Origin: Planctomycetota bacterium | Lineage (GTDB): Bacteria > Planctomycetota > UBA11346 | Direction of reading: 5' to 3' | Assembly (NCBI GenBank): GCA_014193115.1 | Contig: BJHQ01000012.1 | Span: forward strand, 86,803 to 150,802 | Length of the DNA stretch: 64,000 nt | Part shown: positions 60,836-64,000 of the stretch, in pieces | How positions within the stretch are numbered: the first letter of the stretch is position 1 | Layout of the letters: each line of letters starts with the position of its first letter | Program-made: the position numbers and the translations under genes | Notes under the pieces: generated by a model | Told to the model about the DNA's origin: nothing | What the model saw: only the letters and a program-made list of their open reading frames with translations | Database searches by the model: none

Positions 60836-61061
60836 CGCTGATATAATACGGGTAGACCTGCCGCAGATTGTGGATCTTCATGTCGATCCAGGAAATCGGA
60901 TAGAAAAAGATTTTCGCGAGACTGCTTTGCGTGCAGTAGCAGGTACCGATGCCGCCCTCTTTGATCGGGAAGGAAAAGCGGTGGATAAACACGTAAAAGG
61001 ACGACACGTAGAGCAAGAGCAGGCAGAGCGCCAGCGTCGCAACTACGATGGCTACCTTCAT
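60798..61061 (-). CDS. hypothetical small membrane protein (low-GC gene)
   Basis: MKVAIVVATLALCLLLLYVSSFYVFI hydrophobic N-terminus. Overlaps the previous ORF by about 38 nt. Confidence 0.25.
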   Translation of the reverse strand: MKVAIVVATLALCLLLLYVSSFYVFIHRFSFPIKEGGIGTCYCTQSSLAKIFFYPISWIDMKIHNLRQVYPYYISDDFAKKVGREPR

Positions 61062-61075
61062 GGCGGCGCTTCGAT

Positions 61076-62689
61076 TCAGCGCTTGGGCGTCGAAACTGGC
61101 GCGGCCGGGGCCGCTTCGCTGGCCGTTGGCGCGAGCATCCGCCCCAGGATCGTGCCGGCCAAAGCGTCGCCGGTGCCGCCACCTGAACCAGTCACCATCA
61201 CCTGCGGCGTGATCTGGATTTTCCCTTCCGATACCGCTTTCAGCAATTCCAGGGTGGTCACGCCCTGGGCGCCGATGGCGCCGGCCAGGCTGCGGTAGGC
61301 CTCGGTGCGGGCCTGGGCGGTGATGGTGATGTAGCGCGCTTCGCCGTTGGCTTCGGCCTCGCGGGCCTTGGCCTGCTGCTCCTTGACCAGCACCTGATAG
61401 CTGGCGGCGGCGAGTTGACGCTGCTGCTCGGCTTCTTCCTGGGCCTTGATGAAGGTCGCGCGGGTCTCCTCGGCCCGCTTCTTTTCCGAGAACATCTGCT
61501 GCTGATTGACCGCGACTACGCGATCGGTCTGGGTCGCGATCAGGGCTTTGCCGGCGTCGGTTTTGTCGAGTTCAATGTTGGCCACGAACACGCCGTCGGT
61601 GCGCAGGTGGTAATGCTTCAGTTCTTCGCGCATGCGCTTGGTGGCTTCGGCCTCGACGCTGCTCCGGCTGTCGATGAACTGCAAGGCGCTCATGGTCTCA
61701 GCGACATCGCGGAAGGTGGTGCGGATCAGCGGCAGGACGACCTTCGATTCGATCAACGGCAGGGGCTCATCCTCTTGCAGATCTTTTACGACTTTATCGG
61801 GATCGGCGAGGATCGCGGCCAATCGCGGCGCGTCCTCGGCAGTGACCTCGACGGCGACCCGGACATCGACCGGGAAGCTGAAGCCATCTTTCGAGCGCAC
61901 CCGGATCGCCCATTTGTCGTCCTGATAGGTGTAGATGCGCTTGGTCGTGGCGACCCGCACCACCTGATAGGCGTCCGGGTGCAAATTGTAGGCGCCTGGG
62001 AGCAGCGCTTCGCGCCACAGTCCGAAGTGGCCGCGGGGCACCAGCGGCGTGCCATTGATGATCTCGGCATCGGCGGGCGGCTTGTACTCGGGACCGGCGT
62101 TGGCCTTGATCACCGCCACTTCACCGATGTGGACGACCAGGGCGTCTTTCGCTTTGATATCGAACAGGCGGGGATTGTAGCGGTAGCGGCCCGGGGCGAG
62201 GATGGTCAGCTGCGGTCCGCGCTGGCCCTGGCCGCTGGTCAGGAAGCGTTTCCCGTCGAGCAGTTCTTCGCTGGAGGTCCACGCATCGGCGAAGACCTGG
62301 CCGACGGTCAGCGGCTTGCCGTCGAGGGCGACGATCACGCCGACTTTTCCCTGCTGGATGGTGATGGTATCGACCAGGCTCACCGAATAGGCCCACGGCC
62401 AGTAGCCGAAATGCCAGCCCGGGCCGAGGACTTCGGCCTGGGGTCCCTTTTCGCCATTGATCGCCACCACCCGGTTGGTGGGCAGGTCGTCGCCGAGGGT
62501 GCGGACCACGACGCCGCCTTTGTCGTCATCGATAAATACGGCGCTGGCGAGCAGCACCGAGCCGATACCGACCAGCAGGCAGACGATGCCGGCAAGCCGG
62601 CCAAGGGCTTTGGAACCAGCCGCGTCGGGAGCCACCAGCAAGGCGGCGGCGGCCACGAACAGGACAAGGGCGAGGAGGAACAGGGTCAT
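61076..62689 (-). CDS. SPFH/band-7 flotillin-like protein (YqiK-type)
   Basis: An N-terminal TM hairpin, an SPFH domain and an EA-rich coiled-coil (EEAEQQRQLAAASYQVLVKEQQAKAREAEA). Confidence 0.75.
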   Translation of the reverse strand: MTLFLLALVLFVAAAALLVAPDAAGSKALGRLAGIVCLLVGIGSVLLASAVFIDDDKGGVVVRTLGDDLPTNRVVAINGEKGPQAEVLGPGWHFGYWPWAYSVSLVDTITIQQGKVGVIVALDGKPLTVGQVFADAWTSSEELLDGKRFLTSGQGQRGPQLTILAPGRYRYNPRLFDIKAKDALVVHIGEVAVIKANAGPEYKPPADAEIINGTPLVPRGHFGLWREALLPGAYNLHPDAYQVVRVATTKRIYTYQDDKWAIRVRSKDGFSFPVDVRVAVEVTAEDAPRLAAILADPDKVVKDLQEDEPLPLIESKVVLPLIRTTFRDVAETMSALQFIDSRSSVEAEATKRMREELKHYHLRTDGVFVANIELDKTDAGKALIATQTDRVVAVNQQQMFSEKKRAEETRATFIKAQEEAEQQRQLAAASYQVLVKEQQAKAREAEANGEARYITITAQARTEAYRSLAGAIGAQGVTTLELLKAVSEGKIQITPQVMVTGSGGGTGDALAGTILGRMLAPTASEAAPAAPVSTPKR

Positions 62690-62818
62690 GGTCGGTTCAG
62701 GTCAGTGGGGAGAGATTGCAGGAGGGTTGCGACAACGGCATCGTGGGTGACGGCTGCGCGGCGGAAGAGCGCACAACTGGTGAGCTGAGAGCAAGCCCGA
62801 TGGGGTAGGGACGGCCAC

Positions 62819-63276
62819 TCATCGTGGCCGCCCGTCCCGCCGAACCGTACGGGCAATTTTCCCGCATACGGCCCTCCGGGTGGTGGTGGCATGTCGACAC
62901 GACTGGACTTGGGAGCGATGGCCAACATCCAGAGAGAATAGCCCATGATCCCCGAAGTATGCGTTTGTCATCGCCGGTTGGCGATGCAGGTTCCCCAGCC
63001 GTCCGGCACGGAATCCGTTGCGGTGAATCGAGAAGGTCGGATCGATAAGCCGGGTCAGCACCTGCGCGATCGCCTGTTGGACCAGGCGATCCACCACGGT
63101 CGGAATGCCGAGCTGCCGCATGCCGCCCCCGGTTTGGGAATCCTCTGCTCGCGCACCGTTTGCGGCTGATAGCTACCGTTCGGCAATCGCCCGATCAGTT
63201 CGGCCTTATGCGAAAGACGCCACGTCTTCAAGTCGTCGGCGGTTATCCCATCCGCGCCCGGCGCACCGCCGTTCAC
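62819..63276 (-). pseudogene. group II intron-type reverse transcriptase remnant (frameshifted, truncated after RT domain 2)
   Basis: Frame 1 (63276-63055): GAPGADGITADDLK...GSYQPQTVREQRIPKPGAA. Frame 2 (63121-62819): LGIPTVVDRLVQQAIAQVLTRLIDPTFSIHRNGFRAGR. These are the RT0-RT2 motifs of intron-encoded RTs. RT3-7, the maturase domain and intron RNA domains are absent. Confidence 0.5.
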
Positions 63277-63370
63277 CGGGGTGGGGAATGGAGCTGGAAA
63301 AGAGGCGCGCCGCGCATCACGGAAAATTGCTAGCCACGACTGAACCCAGATTCCCGTTCAATGCACCCAG

Positions 63371-63406
63371 AAAACAACAAACCCCAGGCTTACACCTGGG
63401 GTTTTT
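63371..63406. terminator. bidirectional intrinsic terminator (CCCCAGGCTTACACCTGGGG flanked by A-rich/T-rich tracts)
   Basis: A stem-loop with TTTTT on the plus strand and TTTGTTGTTTT on the minus strand, immediately 3' of tRNA-Cys. Confidence 0.55.
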
Positions 63407-63408
63407 AG

Positions 63409-63482
63409 TGGAGGCGCCGTCCGGATTCGAACCGGAGTACACGGATTTGCAATCCGCTGCGTAGCCGCTCCGCCACGGCGCC
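63409..63482 (-). tRNA. tRNA-Cys (GCA), CCA encoded
   Basis: Manual fold: acceptor GGCGCCG/CGGCGCC, anticodon stem GCGGA/UCCGU, loop UUGCAAA, T-arm CCGGUUCGAAUCCGG, 3' UCCA. Confidence 0.85.
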
Positions 63483-63542
63483 ATCGTTTGAGATGGGTGG
63501 CGGGATGCTAGCTGTCCCGCCTGAATGCCAATCCGGTCCGGA

Positions 63543-63806
63543 TCAGTTGGCGGCGGCAGCGGCCGGCGCCGCTTTGATCTTGGATGGGCGGATGACCAGG
63601 CCACGCTTCATCGCCCGGGTGCTGACCCAGGCCATGGTGGTCTGGCCGTCGACCACGATCTTCAGGCGCTTCAAGTTGGGCTTCACCTTCCGCTTGGTGC
63701 GGCCCTTGATCTTGTTGCCCACGCCGCCGTCGCGGCGGGCGCCTTTTTCCGAGCGGGTCCAGCCGACCGAGGTGCGCTTTCCGGTGAAGATGCAGACGCG
63801 GGACAT
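63543..63806 (-). CDS. rpmB: 50S ribosomal protein L28
   Basis: MSRVCIFTGKRTSVG...KPNLKRLKIVVDG, an L28 family signature, with a poly-Ala C-terminus. Confidence 0.85.
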   Translation of the reverse strand: MSRVCIFTGKRTSVGWTRSEKGARRDGGVGNKIKGRTKRKVKPNLKRLKIVVDGQTTMAWVSTRAMKRGLVIRPSKIKAAPAAAAAN

Positions 63807-64000
63807 GGGAGGCTCCGGCTCGTGGCGAGGGGGCGGATTCATAGGACCGGAACGAGCGCGGTCAAGTGGATTGGCAGGGCGATTGCATAACCCCCCGCTG
63901 GGTTGCCTTGAAAAAAGTCCTTCGGACGGATCCAGGCCTCTTGGAGCGTTGTGCGGATGCTCCCATCCGCCGATCCTTCGTGCGTCTCCTCCACCTTTCT

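Noticed and set aside
1-64000. CRISPR arrays and rRNA genes.
   Set aside because: No regularly spaced direct repeats with unique spacers and no rRNA-like conserved stretches were seen. The repeats present are palindromic or tandem without spacers.

Overview
This is a high-GC (about 67-68%) window from a diderm bacterium. Outer-membrane beta-barrel proteins, a PagL-like deacylase, Lgt and YajC-SecDF are all present. Most of the window is conserved housekeeping. That includes aspS, clpP, purC, purB, pyrC, hpt, infC, rpmB, groEL1-groES-groEL2, yajC-secDF, the UvrD/PcrA and RecQ helicases, and tRNA-Cys(GCA). Several atypical regions interrupt it. (1) An Fe(3+)-type ABC transporter operon (ATPase, substrate-binding protein, permease) has two paralogous small secreted-protein genes inserted between the substrate-binding protein and the permease. 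All three downstream genes are preceded by the same module: a 26-bp-stem hairpin plus a duplicated 55-bp 'leader' that donates the SD, the ATG and the first 16 codons. The genes are chained by ATGA stop/start overlaps through 48-codon leader ORFs that read across each hairpin. (2) A 1342-aa single-polypeptide signalling protein carries FHA, PP2C-type phosphatase, Ser/Thr kinase and leucine-rich-repeat domains. (3) A 2.5-kb islet is bounded by sharply low-GC DNA. It carries two tandem MobC-like ribbon-helix-helix paralogs, a membrane protein and an XRE-type regulator, but no relaxase or integrase. (4) A frameshifted, truncated group II intron-type reverse transcriptase remnant abuts tRNA-Cys. 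(5) Two related families of palindromic repeats are dispersed through intergenic DNA as REP-like hairpins and tandem arrays. (6) There are a thioredoxin(TlpA-like)-Lgt fusion, an Hsp70-like ATPase translationally overlapped with a PagL-like outer-membrane protein, an adenylate-kinase-like protein twice the normal length, and a dense cluster of short hairpins downstream of groEL2. No CRISPR array or rRNA gene was seen. Start codons were chosen by homology-based reasoning. Coordinates of starts are approximate to within a few codons unless stated.
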